A stretch of DNA of 64,000 bases from Vairimorpha necatrix (Eukaryota), in the NCBI GenBank assembly GCA_036630325.1, contig CP142726.1, positions 558,001-622,000 of the forward strand. The letters are read 5' to 3'. The notes below the pieces were generated by a model that was not told where the DNA came from, ran no database searches, and was given only the letters and a program-made list of their open reading frames with translations. Of the stretch, positions 37,526-50,906 are shown piece by piece. Within the stretch, counting starts at the first letter, position 1. Each line of letters opens with the position of its first letter. The position numbers were made by a program, and so were the translations under genes.

Positions 37526-40500
37526 TGTTGATAATTTTAAATATTTTATACGTAACCCCTAATTTTTATGGAGAATAACAATAAACATATTAACATGGTG
37601 GAGAATGAGATAGAACCCATGAATACAGAGATTAGTAGAGATAACATTATAAATGAGATGTGAAGGTTTGAGTTAATGTCCTTTTTTAAGAATATGGAGG
37701 ACGAGAGAAAGATTGAGTGGATTATGAGTAGAGCCAGTTACGATTTAATCGACTGGCACTACGAGACTATTGTGGGTCATAAAAAAATGACCTTTGTGAA
37801 ATGGAGACAGTTGGCTTTAGAAGCATTCGGAAATAAAACATTGTCTTTAGCAAAACTGTACCGAATGAAGCAGGACAAAGATGAAAGCATTAAACGATAT
37901 ATCATGAATGTAAAGTCTTCTTCACGGATATTTAAACTTAAAGAAGAAGAAGTAATTGAAATTATTACAGGTGGGATAAGAGATGAACTTGGAAGAGTAA
38001 AAAATTTTTTGGAAATTAGTGGATCTTTGGATGAAAAAATTATTGATAAGTTGACAATCATAGAAGAAGAATGTTTAGAAGAAAATAAGAGAAAACAAGA
38101 AATTCAAGATTTACTGAAGAAACTTGAAAGTTTAAAAATCGAAACTACTAAACAAACCATTAAATGTTACAACTGTCAAAAATTAGGACATATTGCAAGA
38201 AACTGTCGTATGGGAACCAATTATAATCAACAGGGAAGTAAGAAAGTGAATGAAATAAGCACCGAATTATCAGACATTATTAAAAATAAAGAAAATTCAG
38301 TTTATTTTTATGGACAAGAGGTTCCTGTTACTTTTGACACTGGATCAACGTACAACTTTATCAGTAACGCGGTAGCTGAAAAGTTTAATCTACCATTTCA
38401 ATGGAATTCTAAAGAAATGATATTTAGGACCTGCCTTGAAGAGCCTTTTATTGTAAACAAACATACATTTATTGATTTGACGTATAAAGACCAAGTTTAT
38501 CGTTTTAAATTTTTTATTTTACCCAAAGTGAGAATCGAGAAAGTATTGATCGGGAAAAATGGGACGAGGGAGATGATGAAAATAGAAAATGAAGGATATG
38601 TGTGTGAAATCAAAACGGAACCAGGCAAAAAAGTTGTAGAACCCGTATATACATTGTCGAAGAACATGGAAGAAGGCGTTGGAATGGCGATTCAGAAGCT
38701 TTTAAGCAAGGGATACATTCAGGAGTCTAAGTCTACGTGGCTTAATAATATTCGGCCGGTAATAAAACCAGATGGTTCCATTCGAGTGACTACAAATTTA
38801 GTGGCGTTAAATAAACTAGTTGAACTTGACAGATATTCCCTCCCCAGAATAGACGAGATTTTATGTAATTTGCGTGGAATGAAATTTTTTTCAAAATTAG
38901 ACCTGGAAGATGGTTTTTTTCAAATTAAATTGTTGGAAAGAGATAGATTTAAAACAGCATTTAGATTTAAACATAGACTATACGAGTGGAAGGTAATGCC
39001 TCAAGGATATAAAAATTCTCCCGCAATATTCCAAAGGTTCATGGATTTTGCACTTAAAGAAGAAATAGGAAAGAGTTGTTTCTGTTACGTGGATGATATT
39101 TTAATTTTTGGCAGAAATGAAAAGGAACACGATGAGGCATATAAAAGAATTAGAGAAGCTTTGGATAGAAACAAGCTTAAAATAAATGAAGAAAAATCTA
39201 GTTTTAAACAGCGTGAAATCGACTTTTTAGGACATCATATAGAAGAAAATAGGATACTACCATTAGTTGATAAGTTACAAGGAATAGAAGATTTAAAATC
39301 ACCAAAGGATAAGCAACAGCTACAGGAATTTTTAGGAACAATTAACTACTATAGAAGATTTATTAAAGACTGCTCCGGTATATGTAGTCCACTGTATGAA
39401 TTATTAAAAGACAAGAAACAGTTCATTTGGATAGAGGAAGAAGAGAAACTTTTTAGGAAGATCAAAGAGATTCTCAAAATGAACACAGGATTATTCCAGC
39501 CAGATTATACTAAAGATTTTATTTTGACAACGGACGCTTCTGAGTATGGAATCGCGGCAGTACTTAGTCAAATTATTGATAAAAAGGAGATACCCATTGC
39601 GTTTGCTTCTAGGAAACAAAAAGACCATGAAATTAATTATGGTATTAGTGAAAAAGAGTGTTTGGCTATGTTATGTGGCATGGAAAATTTTAATTACTTT
39701 TTATATGGAGCGAACTTTGAGGTAATAACAGATCATAAAGCATTAGAAGTGCTTAATAAAGGTGAAATTAACTCCCCGAGAATTCAAAGATGGTTAGATA
39801 GAATGTCTAGATATTGCTTTAAAGTTACGTACAGGGAGGGCAAAGACATACCTCACGTAGATTGTTTAAGCAGAAATTTTGATTTCGTTGAAAATGAGGA
39901 AATAAAGGATGATAATAAACAAATAGAGGAAGACAAGAAAGACAGGAAGAATATTGAAAATAAAAATAACGAAGAAGAAGAAATTGAATTCAAGAAGATT
40001 AGGGTCGAAGAAAAAGAAATTGTGCGAGCTATTCATTTAGAACTATTACATAGAGGAAAACAATCATTAGAGTATGAAATTAGAAAAAGAGGACTCAAAA
40101 TATAAAATGTAGAAAAGCTAGTTAAAGAAGTAGTAAATGAATGTGAAATATGTTGTCAATACAATTTAAAAAAGAAAAAAAAGTTTATTTTTGTTACGGC
40201 ATTTGAAAGAGGAGAAAAGGTTGCGGTGGATATAATAGGCCCAATAGGAAAGCAATATATCATATCAGCAATTGATTATTTTACTAGAGAAGGTTTTGCA
40301 AAAGTTCTTAGTTCAAGAAACGATGAAAAGGTAGTAAGTTTTATAGAAGATGTCAACGAAAAGGTCAAGATAAAAACACTTATATTAGATCAGTCAAAAG
40401 AAAATTTAAGTTCAAAGGTCGTCAACTTTTGTAAGCATCATAATATTGAGTTACATTATACATCTCCCTACCATCACCAATCCAATGGTAGAGTAGAGAG

Positions 40501-40994
40501 ATTTAATAGGACACTACAAGATCTAATATTTAAGAATAAGGAAGACAGTTTTTTAAAAACGAAGTTAAAAAGAGCTATAGAGATTTAGAACAACATATTT
40601 AATACTGGAATCTCAATGACACCCCAAGAAGCAACCTTGTTAAATGTACAAGACAAACTAAGACGGATTCAAATGGAAAATATAATAAAATACAATAAAA
40701 AGAATGGAAAAGGTGAGCAAGAACATTTTTTTAGACCAGGGGAGGTTGTGCTAATCAGACAAGAAGGAAATAGAGGAAAAGGTAGCCCTAAGTTTAAGGT
40801 TCGAGGATGTGTTTATAAAGCTTTAAAAAATAATGCGTTTATAATCAAGATAGGAAAAAAGAAAATAAAAAGACACGCTTCTCAGTTAAAGCTTTTAGTT
40901 GATGAGCCAATTTTGTAGAGGGGGATGTTGATAATTTTAAATATTTTATATGTACCCCTAATTTTTATGGAGAATAACAATAAACATATTAACA
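37526..40994 (+). mobile_element. Ty3/Gypsy element with 69-70 bp LTRs and three premature stops
   Basis: LTRs 37526-37595 and 40926-40994; TSD CACAG; PBS TGGTGGAGAATG; PPT AGAGGGGGA; ORFs 37676-40105 (CCHC, FDTGS, YVDD, TDAS), 40226-40588 and 40616-40918. Confidence 0.97.
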
Positions 40995-41505
40995 CACAGA
41001 AATAAAAAAAAATTGAAGTAAGGATATAATGGCGCATAAAAAAATCTAACTTTCAATCTGTGATGTTATGCCTAACATCCCAATTAAGTTTAATTGGTTT
41101 ATTTGTCAAATGATTCAGGATGACCAACCATGAGGCCATACAAACAAACAAAACGAAATCATATATTTCGTGGTACAATTATTAATACTCACATGTTTGT
41201 TGTAATATTGGGAAGGACGAATACGTCATCATAAAATATAAAAGGAAACTTCACAAAGAAGGGTACAGAATGTTCAGAGAGGAAAACACTAACAAGAAGG
41301 GTGAGTCTAGAAATGGGAAGACCCCATACGCCCAAAATAAATATAATAATATAAACAACAATAAAAGTATTTTAAACAATTATTTTAAATTCATGAAACT
41401 TCCTGTGATACAGGACACAATCAAAAGCCCATAGTCGTAGAAAAAACAAACGGAGTTCTCGAAGCGCAGTTATAAAGATTCGAATCCTCCCATTTATGAA
41501 TCATT

Positions 41506-41577
41506 CGTGCCCTTGGCCTAGTGGTAGAAGGCGATGCCTCCATCGGCGATGGCCGATTTCGATTCCCAGGGGCACCA
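41506..41577 (+). tRNA. tRNA-like relic/pseudogene; isotype uncertain
   Basis: Acceptor pairing GTGCCC/GGGCAC, D-arm GCCT-AGTGGTAGA-AGGC, T-loop TTCGATTC; anticodon and T stems do not pair properly. Confidence 0.5.
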
Positions 41578-41630
41578 AAATGGTTTCTACTTTATATGAT
41601 GCAGTTGGATCAACTCAGATGATGAAAATG

Positions 41631-44600
41631 CGGTAACCGTAAATTCGCCAAAAATTAAAATTTGCTCGTTTTTCGCCAAAAAAATACAAAAAAAATTGAT
41701 TGGTATTAAGAACGAATAAAAAATTTGAAAAGCTTTATTTAATTTAAATTAAAATTTGTTGGCTATTCAAAAAGCATTTATAATTAAAATAGGTTTTTTG
41801 AATTTACTTATTCGCATTTGAAATTCACGTGTTGCAGTAAAGCATTTATGTACTCTTCACGAGAATAATGTTATTTATTTTTAACGTATATTCTAACTTT
41901 TTCCTCCGCTTTTTTGGTTTTTTAGCTTCAAATAATCCTTTTTTATAACGTTTTAGATTATATATATCCATTTCTTCACAATCGAGTATTCTTGAAATAA
42001 AAAGAGCGATATTTTAATTTCTTGTCTCCATCCTCTTGTTGATGGTTCTATTCCAGCTTTCTGCATTGTTAGAAGTCCGAGGAATTTCATTTTTTACCCT
42101 ATCAAATACATTCCAAAAATTTATATTGGCGACAGCTCTCCCACCATTATCTTCTCTTTTTACATTTGAAACTAAATAATTATTTTCAAAGTATAACTGA
42201 AAGTTGGCTGTGGTTGTAATTGAATTATCTTGTATAAATTTCTTAATATCTTTATAAAAAACCGACACATCTCGTATTGACACAAAAGCAAACCTACGCC
42301 TCTTTTTGAATACTAGATTATAGTTAGAATCATTTTAAAACTTTTCTATGTCCCCCATCGCCCCGACTCTTTTATAGGCTGCCTGCCCAAGATGAAACAA
42401 GCATCCATTACAGTTTGCTTCAGGGAAAGATATTCGTAATGCATTGACCAATCTTATCTCAAAAACAGTCACAAAGTTCTCAACATTTATAGTAACTAAT
42501 TCCTTGCATTTATCGAAGGCTCTAGAATATGACCCTTCAATTTTATCCTTGAGTAAAATATAAATGTATGTGTTGAGTGAAATAATAATTATTTATAGCC
42601 CCTATTCTAGAATAAATGTTTATGGTGGAGAATATGAAAACAGAGATTAGTAGTGAAAATATCTTGCAGGAGCTACAAAGAGCTTCTTTACTTTCCAGTT
42701 TTAATAAATTATCAAATGAGGAAAAAATTGATTATTTTATTCATAAAGCCAACATTGAGATACTAGATTGGCATAGTAAGTTAATGAAGGAGAAACGGAA
42801 ATGTTCCTTAACATTTGAAATGTGGAAAGAGTTGGCAGAAACGGAATTTGACTGCGGTACTGGATTGTACGAATTATATACTTTAAAACAAAAAGAAAAC
42901 CAAAGTATTGTGGAATTTATCAAAGATGTAGAAAAGAAATGTCTAAAGGAAAATATCAGAAATACGGATAAAAGGAAGATAATAAGAAATGGAATCCTAT
43001 CAAGATATAAGGCTATAAAAATGGTATTAACGGGGCAATATGAAATTAATAAAGAATTCCTTGAAATAATTGATGAAATGGAAAAGGAAAATAACGATAT
43101 AACAAAAATAAGACAACCTGCCTCCAATAACATCAACAAAAGATATTCATGTTATTTTTGCCACAAGGATGGGCATATCGCTAAAGACTGTTTTGCGAAG
43201 AAGAAAAGAACTGATGGTAAACAACTACAGTATAAAAGGATAAATGAGATCCACCAAGAAGGCGGAATGTTGGATGCAAACTTTATTAACAATAAAGAAG
43301 ATTTAATATATGTTTATAATGAAAAAATTAATGTAACTTTTGACTCGGGTTCTTACTATAATTTTATGAGTAAAAGGCTGCTTCTGAACTAACTTTAAAA
43401 ATTTATAGAAGTACAGAGGAAATATATTTTTTAACATGTTTAGAAGAAAGATTCGGGATTACAGAATATGTGATATTAGATTTCTCTTATGGTGGTAAAA
43501 GTTATCGTTCTAAATTTTTTATATTCCCTAAGGTGGAAAAATTTAAAATACTTGTAGGAAAAAAGACATTACAAGAAATATTGAAAAGGGTGTCTAGCAA
43601 TAGAATTTGTGAAATAAATACGATAAAAGGAGAAAAAATTGTTGAAAAGGTCTATACACTACCAAAAAAGTTAGAAGAAGGAGTGGAAAAATCTATCAAA
43701 GAACTACTAAGGAAAAATTACATAAGAAAATCAAAATCAACGTGGTTGAATAATTTAAGACCAGTAATTAAACCAGATGGTTCTATAAGAGTTACTACAA
43801 ATTTAGTTTCGTTAAACAAATTGGTAGAGCTAGATAATTACTCCTTACCACACATTGATAAGCTTTTATACGGGCTTCGTGGAAAAAAATATTTTAGTAA
43901 ATTGGATTTAAAAGATGCATTTTTTTGTATAGAATTAGCGGAAAAAGATAGATATAAGACCGCTTTCAGATTTAAGCACCTATTATATGAATGGAACGTT
44001 ATGCCAATGGGGTTTAAAAATGCTCCGGCAATTTTTCAAAGATTTATAGATGATGTTTTACAAGAAGAAATAGGGAAAAGTTGCTTCGTGTATGTGGATG
44101 ACATACTGGTTTTTGGAGAAAACGAGGAAGAACATGATTTTAATTATGAGAAGATCATAACAAAGCTTAAAAGCTATAACTTAGGTATTAATGAGGATAA
44201 AACAATATATAAGGTTAAAGAACTTACCTTTTTGGGACATTTAATAGCATATAACGAAATTAAGCCAAAAATTACACGGGACCAAGCAATTAACGATATG
44301 AAAAGACCAATCAATAAAAAATCACTGCAAGAATTTCTGGGACTTATTAATTATTATAGAAAATTTATTCCTAATTGTTCAAAAATCGGAGGATGTTTAT
44401 ATGATCTTACAAAAAATGATATTCAATTTAATTGGGGGAAGGAACAGGATGCTGCTTTTAATACATTAAAGAAAATTGTATTGTCGAGCAGTGTGCTTAA
44501 ACAGCCAGATTTTAGTAAACCTTACATATTAGAAACGGATGCATGTGACTCTGGTCTGGGAGCGATCTTGTCACAAGAAAATGAAGGGCATGTGTACCCA

Positions 44601-46651
44601 ATCGCGTACGCTTCTAGAAGATTGGTTCCAGCGGAAAGAAATTACAGTATCAGCGAGAAAGAATGCTTGGGTGTCCTATGGGGAATGGAAAATTTTAGAT
44701 ATTTTTTATATGGAAATGAGTTTAAAGTAATAACTGATCACAAAGCTCTAGAGGTCCTAAATAAAGGCGAAATAAAATCGTTACGTATACAAAGGTGGCT
44801 TGATAAATTGAGTGAGTATAATTACACGATCGAGTACAAAAGGGGGACAGATATTCCTCACGTCGATTGTTTGTCAAGATCTTATCTTAATGAGTTAAAT
44901 ACGGATGAAATAAATATGATTGAATTTAGCGAAGAAGAAAAAAGGTCTATCATAAGGAATAAACATATAGAATTAGTTCACAGAGGATCAAAAGTTATTG
45001 AAAATGAATTAAGGAAAAAATATCATTGGAAAGATATGTCGCATATGGTAAAAACGGAAATTAATAAATGTCTAAGATGTAAGATGTACAATCCACAAAG
45101 AGGAAAAAAAATTATATTTGTGACAGCATACGAACCTGGCGAAAAGGTAGCTGCCGATATTATAGGACCAATCAATGGAAGCTATATAATTACGGCGATC
45201 GACTATTTTACAAGGAAAGCATGGGCTAAAGTCATTACTACTAGAGAGAGTAATAAGCTAGTAAGATTTTTTGATGAAGTTTATAATGACATAAAGATTA
45301 AAATACTAATTCTTGATCAGTCAAAAGAAAATTTGAGTATTGAGGTAAAACAATGGGCAACGAGAAATAATGTTCAAATTCATTATATTTCCCCTTTTCA
45401 TCACCAATCAAACGGAAGAATAGAAAGATTTAATAGGACAATACAGGAAGGTATATATAAAGATAATAGTTTTGGAAATTTGAAGACAAAAACTAAGCGT
45501 GTACTAGATGTATACAATAATGTTAGACACTCCGCTCTTGGCATGTCGCCAGACGAAGCATGTAATCCTAAGAGAGCTCAGGAGATTAAACTAAAACAAT
45601 TCGAAGAAATCGTAAAATTCAACCAACGATAGAAGAAAAGAGGAGCTGAATTTATTTTTAAAGAGGGAGATAGAGTTATAATTAGAAGAGAAACCGATTT
45701 AACAAAGGGAAAACCTAGATTTGAATCGCAAGGTATAATTATTAATATTTTAGGAAATAATTCTTATAACGTTAAGGTCCATAATAAAACTATAAAGCGA
45801 CATGGCTCGCAACTTAAGCTAATAGTAGAGGATTATTTTGAATGAGGGGGATGTTGAGTGAAATAATAATTATTTATAGCCCCTATTCTAGAATAAATGT
45901 TTAGTATGGAAAATTTTTGCCAAATATATGTCCATGAAAGACGACAATTTGGTAAAATCCTTGAGGAGAAGATTTAAACGTTCCGTCGACAACGAACGTG
46001 TCTATTTTTTCAATCATATTTTTTTTGAATTCTAAAAAAAATATTATAAATCTAACATTATCCTGCATACCACTATCAAATCTAAGAAAACGATTTTTTT
46101 TAGAATCTACTTGCAAGACTTCGGGTATATCCATAATGCAACCAGTTATAAATCCGAGTCTTGAATTTCTTGTTCGTTTGATTGTATCTCTTAAATATTC
46201 TATGGAAGGCATTTTAGTAATATCTAAGCTGGTTGACAATGCTGGGAATTGTTTTTTTATTACTTCTAGGGAGTTTTCATTACTTGTAGCAACTTGTTCT
46301 TTTATTTTTGATAGTTCTTTTAAACATGCATTTCTCAGGTACTGGTTCATGTGAAAAAATAACTTTTTTAACGATTTCGTTTTGTTCATTCATTGTAATG
46401 GCTCCTCTACAAGACCTATTATTGCGCCTCCATCGCTTAGTGCCGTCCTTATTGTAGTCTAAAGTGTATGTCCGATCTTCATAGATAAGATTTTGCCCTC
46501 CACGTTGACCTTTAAAAATTTTAAAGTTGTCGTTCATTTTTTTAAGGGTAGATTTTCGGCGAAAAAAGGAAAAATTTTTGGCGAAAACAACCATTTTTGA
46601 ACTTTTAGCGAAAAACCGTAAATTCGCCTGTAGGCGAATTTGCGGGTACCC
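41631..46651 (-). mobile_element. FLYWCH-MULE (same family as 288-1963), split by a Gypsy insertion
   Basis: Same TIRs and closely similar ORF pieces (46280-46594, 45901-46389, 42014-42283). Confidence 0.94.
42571..45903 (+). mobile_element. Ty3/Gypsy element with identical 52-bp LTRs; one frameshift and one late stop
   Basis: LTRs 42571-42622 and 45852-45903; TSD GTATG; PBS TGGTGGAGAAT; PPT GAGGGGGA; ORFs 42616-43392 (gag, CCHC, FDSGS) and 43470-45632 (RT, RNase H, integrase). Confidence 0.97.
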
Positions 46652-47050
46652 TAACTTGCTATATAATTTTGCATGTCAATGTCTGTATGGCCCTTTCCAC
46701 TGATCCTAGAGTCTGGTGATGGTATGGCGAACCAAATTCAATGATATATTATACTTAGTTCTTAATACATGTACTTCGAAGTTGTAAACTCTAACCCGTT
46801 GTCTGTCAAGATTCTGTAAGATATCGCATGCTCACTGATAATCAATTCCTCGATTGGCTTATGTATTTCACAACTATTTCTGCTTAGCGAAATCTTCTTT
46901 TCGATTCAGTAATAAATTGATTAATCGCTACAAATATGTATACACTTCCATTATTGTCCGAAAGTTTCATTGTCAGATCAAATTCCCAAAGCTGATTAGG
47001 TTTTAAAAAGGTTTAGCTTGTTATTTTTTTTCATGCGTTGATATCTCGAG
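46652..47050 (-). pseudogene. Retrotransposon integrase relic
   Basis: Minus strand reads ILTDNGLEFT ... GSPYHHQTLGSVERAIQTL; end approximate. Confidence 0.75.
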
Positions 47051-47499
47051 CTTAAACATGTTTTGCAATTATTACAAATTTTTAATTATGTCTTGATGTA
47101 TAATTTTCCACTTATCCGGCCGAGAAATCATAAATTTTATGATGTTCGATGTCTCATGGTCAGATATTTATTATACTTCTCTAGTATGTCGATAGTGTTT
47201 TTTTCGATAACTGATGTATATCAAAGTTACATGTTTTCACAATCTCGCTAGATTTGCTAAACGATCAGCCATGTTATTCTCTCCTTTTATATATTCCAAT
47301 AAGAAGTCGTATTACGCCAATAAGACTGCTCAGCTGAGAATCTTATTTGTTGATTCTTCTATAGATGATTAGAGCTTTATGGTTTGTTCTTAGCGTAAAT
47401 TTCGCCCAAATGTAATTTATATAATGGTCTTTCCTTGTAACATGCAAAAAGTTCTTATTGGCAATTGAATAACTCTTCTGGCAATTAATCAGTCTCTTT

Positions 47500-47928
47500 T
47501 TATAGGCAGAATCGTTTTTTCAGCTCCACATTTGTTCTTTTGCAGGCGCACTGCTCTGATTCCTGTTTGAGTTGGCCCAGTAACTTTATGAATAAAGCTT
47601 TAAATTTGTCCGTGTCCGTATTATATTTCAGCTTAGTACTTTTTAACGGGTTTAACGTATCCAGGCCTTTGACTTCAAGTTTAATTTTTTTACCAGTAGT
47701 CTGTTTTCCGCTCTTAAGTACTATATCCAAGAGTCCCATAATTTCTGCCATCTTTGTCACAAAATTCCTTATAATGGTAAGCCATTCCGAAAAAAACTTC
47801 TTTATTTCTTTATGGTAGAAATTGGGTATGCTTGTATATCTATAATGCGCGTTTCGTTTACCTTGATAATTGTTTTCCATGACGCAATAAAAACTTACTT
47901 TCTGATCCAAAAAACCTATATCTTGCAA
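47500..47928 (-). CDS. Hypothetical protein, probably a fragment of a longer decayed ORF
   Basis: 142-aa open frame with protein-like composition; no motif recognised. Confidence 0.3.
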   Translation of the reverse strand: MQDIGFLDQKVSFYCVMENNYQGKRNAHYRYTSIPNFYHKEIKKFFSEWLTIIRNFVTKMAEIMGLLDIVLKSGKQTTGKKIKLEVKGLDTLNPLKSTKLKYNTDTDKFKALFIKLLGQLKQESEQCACKRTNVELKKRFCL

Positions 47929-49720
47929 TTAAGCGATAAATTTATTTCTCTTTTTTTTTCAAATATTATTTTTACATGTTTTTTTATTGTCTTTTTGTTT
48001 TATGAATATATTTTTTATCATCTAAGTATAGGATCACAAAATTTTGATTTTTTCTTATAAATTGTTTATTGCGCTTTAAAATGATTCTGAAGCTTAAAAA
48101 GGTCCGAAATACATACGATAAATCGTATAATCGTTCCATACAAAAGAATGTTATTTTTTCCTTGTCTTTATCTTGTTAAGGAATTTTATGAAGAGCACTA
48201 GTTTCAACTATTGTAAATATGGTGGCAGTCGATAGACAGTAAAAAATTGCGTCGATTCTTCGAGTAATGTATGCTTCCTTAGCTGTTATGCTATTTACTC
48301 CTTATTGTTCTACGCCATTCTTCATGTTTTACCTGGTTTCGGTACTGTCAATATTATGCCACCCCATGGCTCATGCATTTCTTAAAATCAAAGTTCTAGG
48401 AGTTTAATGGTTGCCTCGTTTACAGCCTCTTCTTGTGACACTGGTATTCTTTCGTTCTTTTTATAAATTTTTTTTGTACTGTTTGTCTGTCTTAGATCAA
48501 TGCTTTCTGTTCAGAGATTATAGTAGCTTATTTCTTTTTGAAAATCGTCTTCATACTCCTTTAAAATTTCATTCTCTTCTAACTCACAAGTAAAGTTTGA
48601 CATTTAGTAGATTCTATATTTTGGGGCATATAGATCGTCTAAGATTAAATTTTTCATTGTTACATATCAAATTTGCCACTAAAATGACATATTTAATGTC
48701 ATTTGATTATTAAGGGGGAAAAAATCTCGCACTTTTCATTGTTTTCAATTGTAGAGTCTATTAAGCAGGTCTATTTTGATATTCCTTTTCCCATATTCTT
48801 TACTATCCCATTATATCCAATAATCAAATTACGTTTTTCTAAGGAGGATTGTTGTAGTTTATGATCGAACATAGGCTCCGGTATATAATCCCTTTTTATT
48901 CATTTAAAAGGCAGCTTTTCACAAAAAAAAAGGTTCAAAGCTTTTTGAATATATTAAAAAAAAATGTAATTTCTTTACTGTCATGGCTTTTCTCATCCTG
49001 TCATATTTATCTAATGCATTTATATATTTTTTTAAAGGTTTTCTTTTCGTACTAAAAATAAAGGTTAGCTATTTAGAATCTTTATTGAAATAATTACATT
49101 ATTTGTGAAGTGTGCGTTGTTTATTATTTTTTCTCGAATGGTTTATATAGCTTATCTTTCTGTAAAATCCTTTTTCGTAGTGAACTCAGGTGTTATGCCC
49201 TCTGCCCACGTTGACATGCAGCCTAAACCCCACTAACTTCTTATTAGGGCATAGAATAAACTCATCTCCTCGACAAGTCTATACTGTAGTGGTATTTTGG
49301 CATAAAAGAGCTTTTATCTCCATTGGTTATTTGTTTGACCATTTGACACAAAGCGTTTAAATTAAAGAGGATCTCACGAATAGCACTGCTGCCTTCTGCA
49401 ACATCTGCAACAAATCTATCTCAGTCTCTGTTATGTTATTAACCCCTAACTGTTTAAAGTTATATCGTTGTCTTTATGAGGCTCGAAAATTTCCATATAT
49501 GAACTATCTCCGATGTTTCCATTTCCCTCCTGGGGGGTTGGGACGCCCATAAGAAGGAAATTCCTTTAAGCTTACAACCAATGCAATTTTATATTATTCT
49601 TTGGTCCACCTTAAAATTCTAGCACCAGCATTGTGTTTATTATTTTGGTGTTGAATACCTCTTTTGGTTTACTTGTGTAGTATCCGACATAATTCATCGT
49701 CGTCGACATGTCAATTTGTT

Positions 49721-50906
49721 GGCGCTACTAAATTATCTCGGCCAAGGGGTGAAAATAGGGGTAAAAAAATAAATAATCCATTCAAATTTAGGGGGGAACT
49801 TTTTATTAGCCGAGATAATTGAGTAAGGTGAAAAAGGGTAAAAATTTGCCCCAAACATGGAAAGACTTATTGACGAGCTAACAAGCTTAGACTTCTCCCA
49901 CGAAATATTCCAAAACAACGAAAAAGCATTGGAATTTTTCACAAGACATGGAGCTTTTTAAAGTTCTCTTATTTGTGATAAATTTGGTAGTGCTAATCGC
50001 TTGCAAACCGAGAGAAAAGCACTAGGCGGGAAAGTTTTCCGATGTGTCTACACATCATGTAGGAGAAGGATGTCCATAAGGAAGGGTTCAAAGTTAGAAA
50101 AAAATAAGAATCGATGCTAACAAAGTTTTAAAATGAATACATTGCTGGATTTTTAACGTCAGCAGCTATTACGCAGTAAATTTATGCCAAATATCTGAGC
50201 CAACCTACATAAAACTAAAAAACATATTTGATGAACTGATTGGTGAAAGAGAACAAGAGGAGATACAGATTGGCGGTGAAGGCGTCGAAGTACAATTCGA
50301 CGAAACTGCTATCTGTAAGGGGTTAATAATCGAGAAACCATCAAGTGTAGATGATGATATTCCTGGGATACAATGGATTTTAGGCAGTGTAGAGAAGGAT
50401 AATTTCAGAAATTTTGTTTTAAAAATAATTCCAAACAGAAAAAAAGAAACAATATTTGAGTTTTTTAAACAATATGTTAGGCCGGGTTCTATAATAGTAA
50501 CAGATGGATATCCTTCGTATCCATGGGCAGTGCGTCAATTTGGGTCAGTTCACTACGTTGTAAATCACAGTGAAGGGTTTGGCGCACAGGGAGGAACAAA
50601 CACCAATCAGATTGAAAACCTATGGTCTCATTTGAAGCAGCAATATCGAGCACGAGGTGGTGTAAATAAAAAGAGAATCCAAATTTTTTTTAAATGAATT
50701 CGTATGGAAAAAAAGAAATATAAATAATTATGACCCCAAATCCCTCCTTTTGGCCTTCTTTAAGATAATATTACTTTTTTCTACATCTTCCAATTAAAAT
50801 TTTAATTCAGTTTTTTTTCTAATTTTTTTTTAAAAATTTTCTATCTCCCAACTTTTTATTTTTTTACCCGTCTTTTGAAAAGTAACCGAGATAATTTAGT
50901 AGCGCC
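49721..50906 (+). mobile_element. Merlin transposon, frameshifted
   Basis: TIRs GGCGCTACTAAATTATCTCGG; 8-bp TSD AATTTGTT; VQFDET, TDGYPSY, VNHS and TNQIENLWS motifs. Confidence 0.95.

Noticed and set aside
43380-43470. Programmed gag-pol frameshift
   Set aside because: The break falls inside the protease, after FDSGS, and the related element at 37676 reads through in one frame; most likely a mutation or sequencing indel.
288-46651. Inverted MULE pair (288-1963, 41631-46651) as an outer extension of the palindrome
   Set aside because: Roughly symmetric about the centre, but their flanks are unrelated on both sides.
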